Part shown: positions 44,373-55,112 of the stretch, in pieces
How positions within the stretch are numbered: position 1 is the stretch's first letter
Layout of the letters: every line of letters starts with the position of its first letter
From: Escherichia coli O157 typing phage 13
DNA: 64,000 nucleotides
Strand: one strand, 5' to 3'
Sequence record: KP869111
Position numbers and translations under genes: made by a program
The notes under the pieces: generated by a model
Databases searched by the model: none
The model's input: the letters and a program-made list of their open reading frames with translations, nothing else
What the model was told of the DNA's origin: nothing

Positions 44373-45125
44373 ATGGCTAATATAATTCGTTGTAAATTAC
44401 CGGATGGTGTTCATCGTTTTAAGCCGTTCACTGTGGCGGATTATAGAGACTTTTTACTAGTTAGAAATGATATCGAACATCGTTCGCCGCAAGAACAAAA
44501 AGAAATAATTGCCGATCTGATTGATGATTATTTTGGCGAGTACCCTAAAACATGGCAACCATTTATATTCCTGCAAGTTTTTGCAGGCTCTATAGGCAAA
44601 ACAAAAGTTCCCGTTATTTTCACTTGCCCTAAATGCTCTAAAGAAAAAACTGCACCATTTGAGATATATCAAAAAGAACTAGTCGAACCTGAACTTGATG
44701 TTGCTGGTATAAAAATACGTTTTTCTTTCCCTGAAAAGTTTTATGACAATAAAGCATTAATGATAAGTGAAAACATAAAAGAAATATATTATAATGATGA
44801 ATGGTACCCATGGAATGATTTGACTGAAGAGAACCAAATCCAAGTAATAGAAGCAATAGACATTGACTCGCTCGAGAAGGTTATTGCTTCTATGAATCCT
44901 ATTAATTTGACCCTTAGATTAGGTTGTTGTGAACGTCATGTTAAAACATACACTGATATCTTAGAGGTTTTTAAATTGTTAGTTAACCCTGATGAGATTT
45001 TTACATTCTATCAGATAAACCATTCACTAGTAAAGAGTCAATACACATTGGATTCTATTATGCAAATGATTCCTGTTGAACGTGGTATTGCTTTAACATT
45101 AGTAGAAAAGGACCATAAAAAATGA
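44373..45125 (+). CDS. 51: gp51 baseplate hub assembly catalyst
   Basis: 250 aa; synteny. Confidence 0.85.
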   Translation: MANIIRCKLPDGVHRFKPFTVADYRDFLLVRNDIEHRSPQEQKEIIADLIDDYFGEYPKTWQPFIFLQVFAGSIGKTKVPVIFTCPKCSKEKTAPFEIYQKELVEPELDVAGIKIRFSFPEKFYDNKALMISENIKEIYYNDEWYPWNDLTEENQIQVIEAIDIDSLEKVIASMNPINLTLRLGCCERHVKTYTDILEVFKLLVNPDEIFTFYQINHSLVKSQYTLDSIMQMIPVERGIALTLVEKDHKK

Positions 45126-46294
45126 CAGTATTCCAACGTCCAGGATATCCTAACTTAAGCGTTAAATTATACCAAGATTATTCTGCTTGGCAAGAAAATA
45201 GATACGTTGAACTCGCAGCAACAATAACAACTTTAACCATGCGAGATTCACTATATGGAAGAAATGAAGGGATTCTTCAATTTTATGACACTAAAAACAT
45301 CCACACTAAAATGGATGGTAGACAGATAGTTCAAATCTCTGTTTCAAATTCAAACACACCTCTCCAAGTTAGAACTCGAATTTACGGATGTAGACATTAT
45401 TCTGTGTCTGTGGACTCAAAAGGCGACAATATTATTGCAATTGAGCTTGGAACAATACATTCTATAGAGAACCTTAAATTTGGGCGTCCATTCTTCCCAG
45501 ACGCAGGCGAATCTATACGTGAAATGTTAGGTGTCATATACAAAGACCGTACGTTAATTACTCCGCCAATAAACACTATTAATGCTTATGTTCCTGATAT
45601 TCCTTGGACAAGCACATTTGATGATTATTTGGCATATGTCAGAGAATTAGGACTTGCTACAGCGAGTGATAAGTTCGTATTCGTATGGCAAGATATTTTA
45701 GGCGTAAACATGATTGACTACGATACTCTTATTGGTCAAGAAGGCATTAAGATGATTGTAGGCGAGCCAAATACTGTAGGTCAGTATATTCAAGAGCTTG
45801 AGTATCCATTAGTATGGGATTTCACCTGGATGACTAAAGCCAACCAATTTACAAGAGACCCTATTAAAAACGCCACAATATTCGCTCATTCATTTTTAGA
45901 TACATCTATTCCGGTTATTGTTACAGGCGATGGTGATAATGCTATTGTTGTGTCAAGATCCGGCGGATATTCCGAAATGACCTATCGTAATGGATTTGAA
46001 GAAGCAAGTCGTCTTCAGACAATGGCTCAATATGATGGATATGCTAAATGCACTACTACAGGCAATTTTAACATAACGCCTGCTACTAAAATTATATTTG
46101 TTGACCAAAAGAACCAATTCAAATCCGAATTTTACGTAGATGAAGTTATTCATGAGTTATCAAATAACAACTCACAAACTCATCTGTACATGTTTACCAA
46201 CTCAATGGTGTTAGAACCTGTTAACCCAGTTAAGGTTAAAAATGAACTTAAATCTGATTCTACCTCTAAAGAAAATAATTCTACCACAGTCTAA
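45122..46294 (+). CDS. 27: gp27 baseplate hub protein
   Basis: 390 aa; synteny. Confidence 0.9.
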   Translation: MTVFQRPGYPNLSVKLYQDYSAWQENRYVELAATITTLTMRDSLYGRNEGILQFYDTKNIHTKMDGRQIVQISVSNSNTPLQVRTRIYGCRHYSVSVDSKGDNIIAIELGTIHSIENLKFGRPFFPDAGESIREMLGVIYKDRTLITPPINTINAYVPDIPWTSTFDDYLAYVRELGLATASDKFVFVWQDILGVNMIDYDTLIGQEGIKMIVGEPNTVGQYIQELEYPLVWDFTWMTKANQFTRDPIKNATIFAHSFLDTSIPVIVTGDGDNAIVVSRSGGYSEMTYRNGFEEASRLQTMAQYDGYAKCTTTGNFNITPATKIIFVDQKNQFKSEFYVDEVIHELSNNNSQTHLYMFTNSMVLEPVNPVKVKNELKSDSTSKENNSTTV

Positions 46295-46775
46295 TAAAAA
46301 GGTAATGATTCCCAAATTAGGGCTCAAACATTATAATCTTTTAAAGGACGTTAAAGGCCCTGATGAAAACATGAAAATCTTAGCTGATTCTATTTGTAAA
46401 AATATGAGTCCCGCAGATTTTGATTTTGCATGTCTACACATATTGGAATTTAATAACAAACTTAAGTCTGAAGTTGAAAAAGACGGATTCACATATAAGC
46501 TAGATGACGTCTATGTATGCCAACGAACAGAATTCCAATTCCAAGGCAATACTTTTTATTTTAGACCTCCAGGCAAATTTGAACAATTCGCTACAATCAG
46601 TGAAATGCTATCAAATTGCTTAATAAAAGTTAATGACGAAGAGAAAGAAATTTCTTTCCTTGAGATGCCTGCTTTTGTAATCAAATGGGCAGAAGACCTT
46701 TCGACAACTATTGCTATTCCAGGCCCTAATGGTCCTATTAAGGGTATAGCAGAAATTATTGGATTGCTTGAATGA
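46242..46775 (+). CDS. 28: gp28 baseplate hub distal subunit (start uncertain; overlaps gp27 3' end)
   Basis: 177-aa ORF; alternative ATG (MIPKLG) at 46305. Confidence 0.8.
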   Translation: MNLNLILPLKKIILPQSNKKVMIPKLGLKHYNLLKDVKGPDENMKILADSICKNMSPADFDFACLHILEFNNKLKSEVEKDGFTYKLDDVYVCQRTEFQFQGNTFYFRPPGKFEQFATISEMLSNCLIKVNDEEKEISFLEMPAFVIKWAEDLSTTIAIPGPNGPIKGIAEIIGLLE

Positions 46776-48544
46776 AACCTGAAGAAATGAAATCCATGCG
46801 TAGAAATAAGGTCATTGCCGATAATAAACCACAAAAAGTAGCTGCAACAGCAGCTACCGATTCATTAGAAGCATTGAATAACATTTCATCAAAACTAGAC
46901 GATGTCCAAGCTGCGTCTGAACTCACATCACAAAGTGTAGAAGATAAAGGCAATGGAATTATTGAATCAATTGGAGACTTAAAGAATTCGACAGATAATA
47001 CTGCTGAAGGCACAGAGCTTATCGCAGAAGTTATTGAAAAACAAACTGAAGTCACTAAAAGTATAAACGAAGTTTCTAATGCAATAAACTCTAAGTTAGA
47101 CCGATTAGCTACATTATTAGAGCAAAAATTACAAACATCTACCGCTATTCAAAATACAGGAGGCACCTCTCTTGAAGTAATTGAGAACGCAATACCTGTT
47201 AAAGTGGTTGAGAACGAAACTTCTGATGAGTTGTTTAAAGCATTACCTACACCTGAAAAGATTGATAATAAGCCAGACGAAGATTTCTTCCCAGCGCCGG
47301 TTCAAGAAAGTGCTAATTCTACTTCCGATTCTAAAGGCGGAATTAGCTTTAAATTGAGCGATAAAATTGCAATGCTCACCAAAACAGTTCAAGCCGGGTT
47401 TAATAAATCAATATCCATTTCAGACAGAATTGCTGGAATGCTTTTCAAATACACTATAACGGCTGCTATTGAAGCAGCAAAAATGGCTGCACTTATTCTT
47501 GGTATTGTTATTGGTATTGATTTATTGATAGTCCATTTCAAATATTGGACAGACAAGTTCACTTCTGCCTGGGATTTATTTGATGAAAACTTTACTAAAT
47601 TCTCCGATGAAGCTAAAGAGTGGGGTAAATTCTTAAGTGATATATTCACTTCTATTGACTCGATAAAACAATTGTGGGAAGCTGGAGACTGGGGTGGTTT
47701 AACCGTTGCTATTGTCAAAGGTGTAGGAACAGCATTAATGAACTTAGGTGAACTAATTCAATTAGGAATGGCTAAACTCTCCGCGTCTATATTGCGTGCT
47801 ATAGGTTTTGGTGATACCGCTGACGAAATAGAAGGACGTGCTTTAGAAGGATTCCAAGAAACTACTGGGAACAAATTAAAGAAAGAAGACCAAGAGAAAG
47901 TCGCTAAATATCAAATGAAGCGTGACGATGGGGAATTAGGAACCGTTTCTAAAGGTCTTGATATGTTACAACGCGGCAAAACATTCGTTACTAACTGGGT
48001 TCGTGGTAATGACAATAAAGAAGAGTTTAGTACAAGTGATGAGCGCGCTGCGGAATCAGCAAAATTAAAAGAGTTACCTGAAGAGGAACGTAAAGAGGCG
48101 TACATAAAAGCGAATGAAACTCGTGCTGCACTGGTTAGATTTGAGGATTATATCGATAAAATCGATATGACTAATCCAGAAAATGCTAAAAACGTCGAGA
48201 AGTCTTATGCTGATTTAAGTAAACTTATTAAAGACCCTGAACTTAATAAAACTCCTGTTGTTAAAAAGGAAATAGATGCTAGATTTGAAAAGCTAAATAA
48301 TAAAATGGCTGAAGCCAAAAAGGCTCAGACAACAGTTAAGCCTGAATCTTCGACTAAATCTCCGGAAGCAAAACAAGTTCAGTCAATAGAGAAAGGACGT
48401 GCTTCTGAATCTAAACAACAGCAACCGGTAGCGGCGATTAGTAACACAAATAATGTCGTCAAAAAGAATACCGTAGTCCAGAATATGACCCCTGTAACAA
48501 GTACAACGGCTCCTGGAATTTTCCATGCCACCGGTGTTAATTAA
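46772..48544 (+). CDS. 29: gp29 tail tape measure / baseplate hub protein
   Basis: 590 aa; synteny. Confidence 0.9.
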   Translation: MKPEEMKSMRRNKVIADNKPQKVAATAATDSLEALNNISSKLDDVQAASELTSQSVEDKGNGIIESIGDLKNSTDNTAEGTELIAEVIEKQTEVTKSINEVSNAINSKLDRLATLLEQKLQTSTAIQNTGGTSLEVIENAIPVKVVENETSDELFKALPTPEKIDNKPDEDFFPAPVQESANSTSDSKGGISFKLSDKIAMLTKTVQAGFNKSISISDRIAGMLFKYTITAAIEAAKMAALILGIVIGIDLLIVHFKYWTDKFTSAWDLFDENFTKFSDEAKEWGKFLSDIFTSIDSIKQLWEAGDWGGLTVAIVKGVGTALMNLGELIQLGMAKLSASILRAIGFGDTADEIEGRALEGFQETTGNKLKKEDQEKVAKYQMKRDDGELGTVSKGLDMLQRGKTFVTNWVRGNDNKEEFSTSDERAAESAKLKELPEEERKEAYIKANETRAALVRFEDYIDKIDMTNPENAKNVEKSYADLSKLIKDPELNKTPVVKKEIDARFEKLNNKMAEAKKAQTTVKPESSTKSPEAKQVQSIEKGRASESKQQQPVAAISNTNNVVKKNTVVQNMTPVTSTTAPGIFHATGVN

Positions 48545-48552
48545 GGATTATT

Positions 48553-49662
48553 ATGATTAGTGTAAAAGAAATAGTAGTAGATGCAAAGGATTTAAATAAA
48601 GCAATCCCAGTCTCAGAAAGTGCTGGGCAAAGCACTAAAACCGAAACAACTACTAAAACTTATGTTGCTCAATTTCCTACAGGAAGAGCAGCCGGAAATG
48701 ACTCCACAGGAGACTTCCAGGTAACAGACCTTTATAAGAATGGATTATTATTTACCGCGTACAATATGTCTGCACGCGATTCAGGATCCCTCAGGAATTT
48801 ACGTCCGGCATACGCCGGGACTTCATCTAATGGTATCATATCAGATTTAACTGATAATGTGAAAGATGCAGTGACTAAATTCTCAAACGGATTGCTTCCT
48901 GCCGGAGCTAATAAATCTACTATAAATAAAACTCCTGTTGCTAATATACTTTTGCCACGTTCCAAATCTGACGTTGATACAACTTCACATCGTTTTAATG
49001 ATATCGGTGATAGCCTTATTACTAAAGGTGGAGGTACTGCTACGGGTGTTTTAAGTAACATTGCTTCTACTGCAGTTTTTGGTGCATTAGATTCTATTAC
49101 TCAAGGGCTTATGGCTGATAATAACGAACAGATTTATACGACTTCTCGTAGTATGTATGGCGGTGCTGAGAACCGTACTAAAGTCTTTACATGGGATTTA
49201 ACTCCGCGTTCAACTGAAGACCTTATGGCTATTATAAACATTTACCAGTATTTTAACTATTTCTCATATGGTGAGACCGGTAAATCACAGTACGCCCAAG
49301 AGATTAAAAGTTATTTAGACGAATGGTACCGTTCAACGTTTATTGAGCCTATGACGCCAGATGATGCAGTAAAAAATAAGACATTGTTTGAAAAGATTAC
49401 TGCGTCATTAACAAACGTATTAGTTGTAAGCAACCCTACAATTTGGATGGTTAAAAACTTTGGTTATACATCTAAATTTGATGGATTAACTGACGTATTT
49501 GGTCCATGCCAAATTCAAAGTGTACGTTTTGATAAAACTCCAAATGGACAATTTAATGGTCTCGCTGTTGCTCCTAACTTACCGTCAACATTTACGTTAG
49601 AGATAACAATGCGAGAAATTATTACATTAAACCGTTCTTCACTTTATGCGGGGACTTTCTAA
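48553..49662 (+). CDS. 48: gp48 baseplate tail tube cap
   Basis: 369 aa; synteny. Confidence 0.9.
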   Translation: MISVKEIVVDAKDLNKAIPVSESAGQSTKTETTTKTYVAQFPTGRAAGNDSTGDFQVTDLYKNGLLFTAYNMSARDSGSLRNLRPAYAGTSSNGIISDLTDNVKDAVTKFSNGLLPAGANKSTINKTPVANILLPRSKSDVDTTSHRFNDIGDSLITKGGGTATGVLSNIASTAVFGALDSITQGLMADNNEQIYTTSRSMYGGAENRTKVFTWDLTPRSTEDLMAIINIYQYFNYFSYGETGKSQYAQEIKSYLDEWYRSTFIEPMTPDDAVKNKTLFEKITASLTNVLVVSNPTIWMVKNFGYTSKFDGLTDVFGPCQIQSVRFDKTPNGQFNGLAVAPNLPSTFTLEITMREIITLNRSSLYAGTF

Positions 49663-50624
49663 TGTACTCTTTAGAAGAATTTAATAACCAAGCTATAAAT
49701 GCAGATTTCCAACGAAACAATATGTTTAGTTGTGTATTTGCTACTACACCATCGACTAAATCATCTTCACTAATTTCGTCAATTGGTAGTTTTGCTTATA
49801 ATAACTTAGGGTTGGATTCTGATTGGTTAGGATTAACTCGAGGTGATATCAATCAGGGTGTAACAACCCTGATTACAGCAGGAACACAGAAATTAATTCG
49901 AAAATCAGGTATAAGTAAATATCTGATTGGAGCAATGAGTCAACGTACGGTACAAAGCTTGTTAGGTGAGTTCACAGTCGGAGCTTATCTGATAGACTTC
50001 TTCAATATGGCATATAATAATACAGGTTTAATGATTTATTCTGTAAAAATGCCTGAGAACCGATTATCGTATGAAACAGATTTCAACTATAACTCCCCGA
50101 ACATCCGAATTACCGGTCGTGAAATGGACCCGTTAGTAATAAGCTTTAGAATGGATTCCGAAGCATCTAACTTTAGAGCAATGCAAGACTGGGTAAACTC
50201 GGTCCAAGACCCTGTAACAGGTCTTCGTGCTTTACCACAAGACGTCGAAGCGGATATTCAGGTTAATTTACATGCACGAAATGGTTTACCACATACCGCT
50301 GTCATGTTCACTGGATGTATTCCTGTTAGCGTCTCTTCTCCTGAGTTAACGTATGATGGTGATAACCAAATAACAGTTTTTGACGTAACATTTGCTTATC
50401 GCGTTATGCAATCAGGTGCTGTAAATAGACAGGCTGCTTTAGAATGGCTGGAATCAGGACTTATTAGTAGTGTTTCAGGAATGTTTGGGAATAATCAAAA
50501 TGATTCTGGGCTAGGAAGTGCAGTATCAAGACTTTCTAGATTAGGTGGGACTGCTGGAGGTGTGTCTAATATAAACACATTGACAGGTGTGGTGAATTCT
50601 GCATCAAGAGTTTTAGGTCTATAA
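49662..50624 (+). CDS. 54: gp54 baseplate tail tube initiator
   Basis: 320 aa; synteny. Confidence 0.9.
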   Translation: MYSLEEFNNQAINADFQRNNMFSCVFATTPSTKSSSLISSIGSFAYNNLGLDSDWLGLTRGDINQGVTTLITAGTQKLIRKSGISKYLIGAMSQRTVQSLLGEFTVGAYLIDFFNMAYNNTGLMIYSVKMPENRLSYETDFNYNSPNIRITGREMDPLVISFRMDSEASNFRAMQDWVNSVQDPVTGLRALPQDVEADIQVNLHARNGLPHTAVMFTGCIPVSVSSPELTYDGDNQITVFDVTFAYRVMQSGAVNRQAALEWLESGLISSVSGMFGNNQNDSGLGSAVSRLSRLGGTAGGVSNINTLTGVVNSASRVLGL

Positions 50625-50634
50625 GAAAAAAAAA

Positions 50635-50651
50635 GGGAGACGTTGTCTCCC
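50635..50651. terminator. bidirectional intrinsic terminator GGGAGAC-GUU-GUCUCCC flanked by A9 and T-rich tract
   Basis: Hairpin between convergent gene 54 (+) and the alt-adjacent ORF (-). Confidence 0.75.
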
Positions 50652-50660
50652 TTTAGGGGT

Positions 50661-50954
50661 TTATTTACGGAATGAAAGAAATGCTGGTGCTCGGAATGGA
50701 GTATCATCTTTAGAGTATTTAACTAATACGACCATTGGTACCTCTGTTTCTAAATGACCTGTCAGTACACCGATAAAAATTTGATCAGTGTGTTCAGGGT
50801 CACGAAAGTTTTTAAGAGGTTCCATAGCAATATGGAATGCACCTGGGAATACTCGATTCAATTCGTCAATCACAGCTTCGTTAAAAACATCATCCGCTGG
50901 GATAGCATCTTCAACTACTAGTTCTTGACCATTAAAGCGAAGCATAGATTTCAT
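50661..50954 (-). CDS. hypothetical protein (97 aa) downstream of alt
   Basis: ATG at 50954 has GAGGAG RBS and its own early promoter; track ORF extends to 51026 across the promoter. Confidence 0.6.
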   Translation of the reverse strand: MKSMLRFNGQELVVEDAIPADDVFNEAVIDELNRVFPGAFHIAMEPLKNFRDPEHTDQIFIGVLTGHLETEVPMVVLVKYSKDDTPFRAPAFLSFRK

Positions 50955-50983
50955 AACGTTCTCCTCATGTTGTTGATAGGATG

Positions 50984-51013
50984 ATAGTATCACACATCCA
51001 TGTGCTTGTAAAC
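50984..51013 (-). promoter_or_regulatory. T4-type early promoter (GTTTAC - 18 nt - TGTGATACTAT) overlapping alt stop
   Basis: Consensus-like elements and conserved leader CATCCTATCAACAACATGAGGAG. Confidence 0.6.
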
Positions 51014-53100
51014 TATCCTTGAACAAATTTAAACGGAACCGATTCCAAATCCATTAAAGATGCTAACAGTTTCAATCCTTTAGGAGCACTAGTTTTTTCT
51101 ACAAATGAGGAGAACGATACCGGCTCATCCGATTCGATTTCACCCGTCATAGCAACCACCTCGCCTGTTTCCATGAGAACATCACCATCGTAAATTACAG
51201 CTTCGTCCAACTGGTCTGAGGACATAACTTCAGCTTGAATAAATTTAAGGTTGGATTCTAAACCTGCACCAGTGTCAGATGACGCATCTGTAATTTTATT
51301 TATCTGCAAGAGAATGCCTCTAGGCAAAATAATTTCTTGCTCATTAGGGTGATTACTCAACTGTCCTGGATAAATCACGTTAACTTTATGGGCGCCGTCA
51401 ATAGCCCATCCAACGTTAACACGGATTTGTTCTGGTGCATGCATAGCTGTTCTTACTTGACTAGGAGAAATAGTAACACCTTCGTCATTATTGTCAATGT
51501 TAAGCTCTTTGCGAACTTCTTCAGGAGCAAGTCCAAGGGCAACGTTCTCTTTAAACCCGCCAAAAATAATAGGAGCTAATGAAGTAGAAACATAGTTTCT
51601 GAAGTAGAATACCTTATTTTTAACCATTGCTTCGTAAATAGGCATTCTGATAGACTGGGCTCTATACAACGTTAGTCCTTCAGGTAAACGGTCTCCATTT
51701 AAAAACGCCGAATCAAGACCATCAATAGCGCGTTTAACTTCATCTTCATCTGCAACATCATAAAAATCCGGTTTATAACGGCCTAACAACATATTATTGA
51801 TATCGGTATACGCAGAAGAGGCATATTCACGAATAGCTCGTTTTTCAGCAACAGAGTATTGTTTAGGGTCCCGATTCATTGTTATATTAAAGGTGCCTCT
51901 AGCCGATTCTCGTGCATAAGTATACATCACATTAGACAAGAACGCTGATTTACGTTGTTTCCAAGTTTTTTCAGATACTTCAGCTAAAACGTCGTCAGCC
52001 AGTTGGAAATTATCTCGTCTAAAATCTTCAAACCATTCGTCTTTAATAGAGTCTGCAATTTCGTTTGCAGCTTCAACAAAAGCAGCTAATGCTTTAACAG
52101 ATGTTGTTTTTTCAGTTTTAATTTTCTTAGCAAACTTTTCTAAAGTTGGCTTAATAACACTACCATAAGAAACTTCATCAGCAAATCTAAAGGATTCATC
52201 AATACGATTATAAATCTTATTTTCGATATCAGCAACTAGAGTGCCTTTTGCTGTAGACGATGCCTGGGCTAGTACGATTTCATATGCTTCAGGAAGTAAT
52301 TCAGCTGTAGCTGGGCCACTAACTTCTTTAGCAGAATTTTCGTATTTCTGGAATAACTCGCCTTCTTGGCGGTCAGCTTCTAAAGATTGACTTGCTGCAA
52401 TAGCGCGACGAGAAATTTTAGTACGAGCAATAACAGGCTTATCTTTACGTTTTTCTTCTACAGCAGCAATAGAACCAGCGATAGCCGTTTCTTTGGTGAC
52501 TTTTTCGCCAGTCTTTTTACTCACATAAACTTCACCAACATCAGAATCTACTTTCGTGTACAACTCTGTGTTAATGTTAGGGATGCCTTTAATATCTTCA
52601 ATGTTGGCATTTTTACGAACCATCATCACATAGGTGTGTTTACCTGTGAATTGATACATTGCAGACAATACTTTAAAACGACCACCAGTTTTAGTAGAAA
52701 CTAAACGAGCAAGAAGAGTTTGAAGTTGTTGTCCACGTCCTTTCAATTTCTTGGTAGGGAATCGGAACAAAACTGCATCCATACGAAGAGCTTTAACCTG
52801 TTCATACACTGTATTGAAAATGGTGTTGATTGCATCAATAGGAGCAGGACCAAGACCATTTTTTAATTCAGCGAGATTACCCTTTTCAGAAAGACTCATA
52901 ATAACGACATGAGCGTATTTGTCACCAAGTTTAACTTGTTTTACAGCATCGCCTTCGGAAAGGTAAGAGAATAAACGAACTACGATGTTTGTATCGATAT
53001 CACCAATTTTCCAGACTTGTGGAACTTTAGCTTTAGGGTTCAAATTGACGACAGGAAGACTGCCTTCAGATTCAAACACTTCATTTAATTGTTCAGACAT
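51013..53100 (-). CDS. alt: Alt ADP-ribosyltransferase (virion-packaged)
   Basis: 695 aa; position between gene 54 and gene 30 as in T4. Confidence 0.85.
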   Translation of the reverse strand: MSEQLNEVFESEGSLPVVNLNPKAKVPQVWKIGDIDTNIVVRLFSYLSEGDAVKQVKLGDKYAHVVIMSLSEKGNLAELKNGLGPAPIDAINTIFNTVYEQVKALRMDAVLFRFPTKKLKGRGQQLQTLLARLVSTKTGGRFKVLSAMYQFTGKHTYVMMVRKNANIEDIKGIPNINTELYTKVDSDVGEVYVSKKTGEKVTKETAIAGSIAAVEEKRKDKPVIARTKISRRAIAASQSLEADRQEGELFQKYENSAKEVSGPATAELLPEAYEIVLAQASSTAKGTLVADIENKIYNRIDESFRFADEVSYGSVIKPTLEKFAKKIKTEKTTSVKALAAFVEAANEIADSIKDEWFEDFRRDNFQLADDVLAEVSEKTWKQRKSAFLSNVMYTYARESARGTFNITMNRDPKQYSVAEKRAIREYASSAYTDINNMLLGRYKPDFYDVADEDEVKRAIDGLDSAFLNGDRLPEGLTLYRAQSIRMPIYEAMVKNKVFYFRNYVSTSLAPIIFGGFKENVALGLAPEEVRKELNIDNNDEGVTISPSQVRTAMHAPEQIRVNVGWAIDGAHKVNVIYPGQLSNHPNEQEIILPRGILLQINKITDASSDTGAGLESNLKFIQAEVMSSDQLDEAVIYDGDVLMETGEVVAMTGEIESDEPVSFSSFVEKTSAPKGLKLLASLMDLESVPFKFVQG

Positions 53101-53120
53101 AGTGTTTTCCTTTTAGTAAT

Positions 53121-53128
53121 AATTTATA
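53121..53128 (-). promoter_or_regulatory. near-consensus late promoter (TATAAATT) upstream of alt
   Basis: 7 of 8 match, 20-25 nt upstream of alt ATG; consistent with late expression of a packaged protein. Confidence 0.35.
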
Positions 53129-53140
53129 TTTATGCCAAAA

Positions 53141-53156
53141 AGAGCCCGAAGGCTCT
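53141..53156 (-). terminator. hairpin AGAGCC-UUCG-GGCUCU followed by UUUUU (minus strand) upstream of alt
   Basis: Stem-loop overlaps the stop of the upstream small ORF. Confidence 0.55.
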
Positions 53157-53344
53157 TAATCCACAATCAGGAACAAAGTACGATAAACTTCAAAATTAGG
53201 GCCTTTTTCGTACTTATCAAAATTGTCCATAAAAATATTATAGGAATCGTTATTAGGAAAATCTAATACAATTTGGGAACAAGAGGTGGAAACGTCACCA
53301 CCATCTTTATTAGCGACAACTACTGTTTCTAAATAAGCTTTCAT
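53156..53344 (-). CDS. hypothetical small protein (62 aa) between ligase and alt
   Basis: ATG at 53344 overlaps ligase stop (TAATG); track ORF extends further upstream. Confidence 0.55.
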   Translation of the reverse strand: MKAYLETVVVANKDGGDVSTSCSQIVLDFPNNDSYNIFMDNFDKYEKGPNFEVYRTLFLIVD

Positions 53345-54837
53345 TATAAACCTGTCTGGGACCACGGTCCAAATACGTCTTCAAATGAATCCGCTTCTGT
53401 TTTATCAAAACGGAACCCTTTAATAATTGGAAGGAAAATACCTACAGTACCTTCACGGCCTTTAGAATGAACCCAACCATTACATTCGCAATCAGCAATA
53501 CGTCCAATCAATTTACCTTCACGAGCTTCAGCCATTAATCGTTCACGGTCTAAATCATGACGCTCATCTAAAGGAATAAGAACCTTTACACCATCAACTG
53601 TTTTATGAGTTGTATCTTTAAACCCTGAACCACAATCGGTTGTAATACGACGACAACGTGATACGAGTTCGACACCACCTAATTTGTTAGGGTCTTTAGA
53701 GTGTTCGTAGTATCCTACAACTTCTAAAGCGATATCAATAACTTCTTTAAATTTAATTAGGTTCTTAGAGCGTTTGTTTTCCCAATATGAATCACGGTTT
53801 TTAAGGATAATACCTTCAAGACCTTGGTCAACATATTTTTTATAAACCACTTTAGCTTCGTCAAGATTACGAACTAACTGATTTTCAATTGGCTCAATTC
53901 GCTTAAAGCCTTCAGCCATATTTTCAAGAGCAGCAAAACGAACATCGTATTTCTGACCTTTAATTTTGCCATCAGAATAGACTTCATCTAAAGGAACATA
54001 GTCCCAGGCTTGAAGAACCATACCTTCCGCTTCTTTAGGAGAAATAGTCCCTTGAAGAGATTTATTTGCTAAACCGTTTGAAGTGCTACGGTCTGCAACT
54101 TGTACTTCTTCAGATTCTTCATTATCGCCAAATAAGAACGACAGGTCATTTCCTGAGCTCACAGCCTTTTTAATATCAAATGAATGATAAACCAATTCAC
54201 CGTCGATTAAAACCCCATTAGGGTGTCTTTCACGGGCTTCTTTAGTCATTTCCATTAGTTCATCTGCTAATAGGGTAAGACCATGGTATTCATTACCAGC
54301 ACGAGAAAAGAATTGAACACCGTCATCACGAACTTCAGCGAAACAACGAGCACCATCTGCCTTTAATTGAGCAAATGCAGGCCATTTAATATTTTTAGTA
54401 ATCAATTTCTCGTCATATGCAGATGCTAACATCTGCGGTTGCAATTGAATAAGTCCAGGCCATACCTTATTCGCGATAGACACTGAAGCACCTACTTCAA
54501 GGTCTCGCATCATTACACGGCGTAGTACTTCAACATCATCAGGTTTACCGTCGGCGATATAACCCATGAGCTCTTTAATTGCTGCATTACCAGTGAGTTT
54601 ACGAGTGGCCAATGTGAACTCAATAAAATCCAACATGTCATCTAATTCAAGAAGGCCATACGCTTGAGACCTTTCACCTGGTCCTGGCCATTTCTTAATA
54701 TAATACTGAATGCCACGTGCATACGTTAAACGATATACACGTTCAAGTAATTTGTTGTCCTTATTTTTCTTAAGGATTTCCTGTTTTGTTTTAGTAGAAC
54801 CGATCGCAGCTATTTGGTTTAAAATATCTAAAATCAT
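53344..54837 (-). CDS. 30: ATP-dependent DNA ligase gp30
   Basis: 497 aa; adenylation motif I KADGAR. Confidence 0.95.
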   Translation of the reverse strand: MILDILNQIAAIGSTKTKQEILKKNKDNKLLERVYRLTYARGIQYYIKKWPGPGERSQAYGLLELDDMLDFIEFTLATRKLTGNAAIKELMGYIADGKPDDVEVLRRVMMRDLEVGASVSIANKVWPGLIQLQPQMLASAYDEKLITKNIKWPAFAQLKADGARCFAEVRDDGVQFFSRAGNEYHGLTLLADELMEMTKEARERHPNGVLIDGELVYHSFDIKKAVSSGNDLSFLFGDNEESEEVQVADRSTSNGLANKSLQGTISPKEAEGMVLQAWDYVPLDEVYSDGKIKGQKYDVRFAALENMAEGFKRIEPIENQLVRNLDEAKVVYKKYVDQGLEGIILKNRDSYWENKRSKNLIKFKEVIDIALEVVGYYEHSKDPNKLGGVELVSRCRRITTDCGSGFKDTTHKTVDGVKVLIPLDERHDLDRERLMAEAREGKLIGRIADCECNGWVHSKGREGTVGIFLPIIKGFRFDKTEADSFEDVFGPWSQTGL

Positions 54838-55103
54838 TTGATATCCTCGATTTTGGTTACGGTTCTATTATAAGCCACTTCATCTAGAAGCGATTTCAGC
54901 GTTTTCTGATAAGTGGTAATCCATTTACCGAGTCCTTCAACATAATATTCTGAAATGTAGATGAACCCTTGTTCAACACACTCTTTAAATATTTCTGCGT
55001 CTTTTACTGAACGAAACACCGGCCAGTCTCGAAAGAACATGTTAACATGACCGTAGTCACGTGTGGTGTTTTTGCCATCTGTAATATCATGAACTACAAA
55101 CAT
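54834..55103 (-). CDS. hypothetical protein (30.1 position)
   Basis: 89 aa; ATGA overlap with ligase start. Confidence 0.65.
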   Translation of the reverse strand: MFVVHDITDGKNTTRDYGHVNMFFRDWPVFRSVKDAEIFKECVEQGFIYISEYYVEGLGKWITTYQKTLKSLLDEVAYNRTVTKIEDIK

Positions 55104-55112
55104 AATTAGCCC

